This document shows positions 63,984-64,000 of a DNA stretch of 64,000 nucleotides, in pieces. The stretch's first letter is position 1. Each line of letters starts with the position of its first letter. Under the pieces are notes generated by a model, which was not told the origin of the DNA, did no database searches, and was given only the letters and a program-made list of their open reading frames with translations. The position numbers and the translations under genes are program-made. The stretch lies in assembly GCA_045546895.1 (NCBI GenBank), contig JAZQDS010000068.1:2255-66254 (forward strand), in the 5' to 3' direction. This DNA comes from Eubacteriales bacterium (GTDB lineage Bacteria; Bacillota; Clostridia; Oscillospirales; QAKW01).

Positions 63984-64000
63984 ATATAAGAAAAGGCATA

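Overview
This 64-kb window looks like a core chromosomal segment of a low-GC, endospore-forming Firmicute, probably Clostridia-like. The pointers are an IspH-S1 fusion protein, both polC and dnaE, and spoIIE, spoIIM, sigK and cwlD. I can support about 58 protein genes, 2 tRNAs (Leu-CAA, Cys-GCA), one TPP riboswitch, about 15 intrinsic terminator hairpins and several near-consensus sigmaA-type promoters. Gene content is overwhelmingly housekeeping. The main blocks are cmk-ispH::rpsA; miaB-ricA-like-mutS-mutL-miaA; the ylmE-sepF-yggT-ylmH-divIVA division cluster; lspA-rluD; thiT; pyrH-frr-uppS-cdsA-dxr-rseP-ispG-polC; murB-whiA-dnaE-pfkA; dapA; queA-tgt-yajC; spoIIM-xerD; mltG; ychF; spoIIE; mutY; cwlD; radA; sigK; a second Xer-type recombinase; and pepP. 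I see no CRISPR array, transposase, prophage block, toxin-antitoxin pair or defence-island signature, and I do not think the window holds a convincing new multi-gene system. Five observations are most worth follow-up. (1) The PolC replicase lacks the whole proofreading exonuclease insertion while keeping a complete-looking PHP metal-ligand set. (2) An exact 13-bp motif resembling the XerD arm of Firmicutes dif is repeated upstream of spoIIM-xerD and once upstream of cmk. (3) An aspartate kinase with no ACT regulatory domains sits directly behind a stand-alone ACT protein. (4) The spoIIE promoter has a 21-bp spacer. (5) A 15-bp-arm perfect palindrome overlaps the -35 box of the second Xer-type recombinase gene. 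All functional calls come from motif and synteny recognition by eye; no database search was run.
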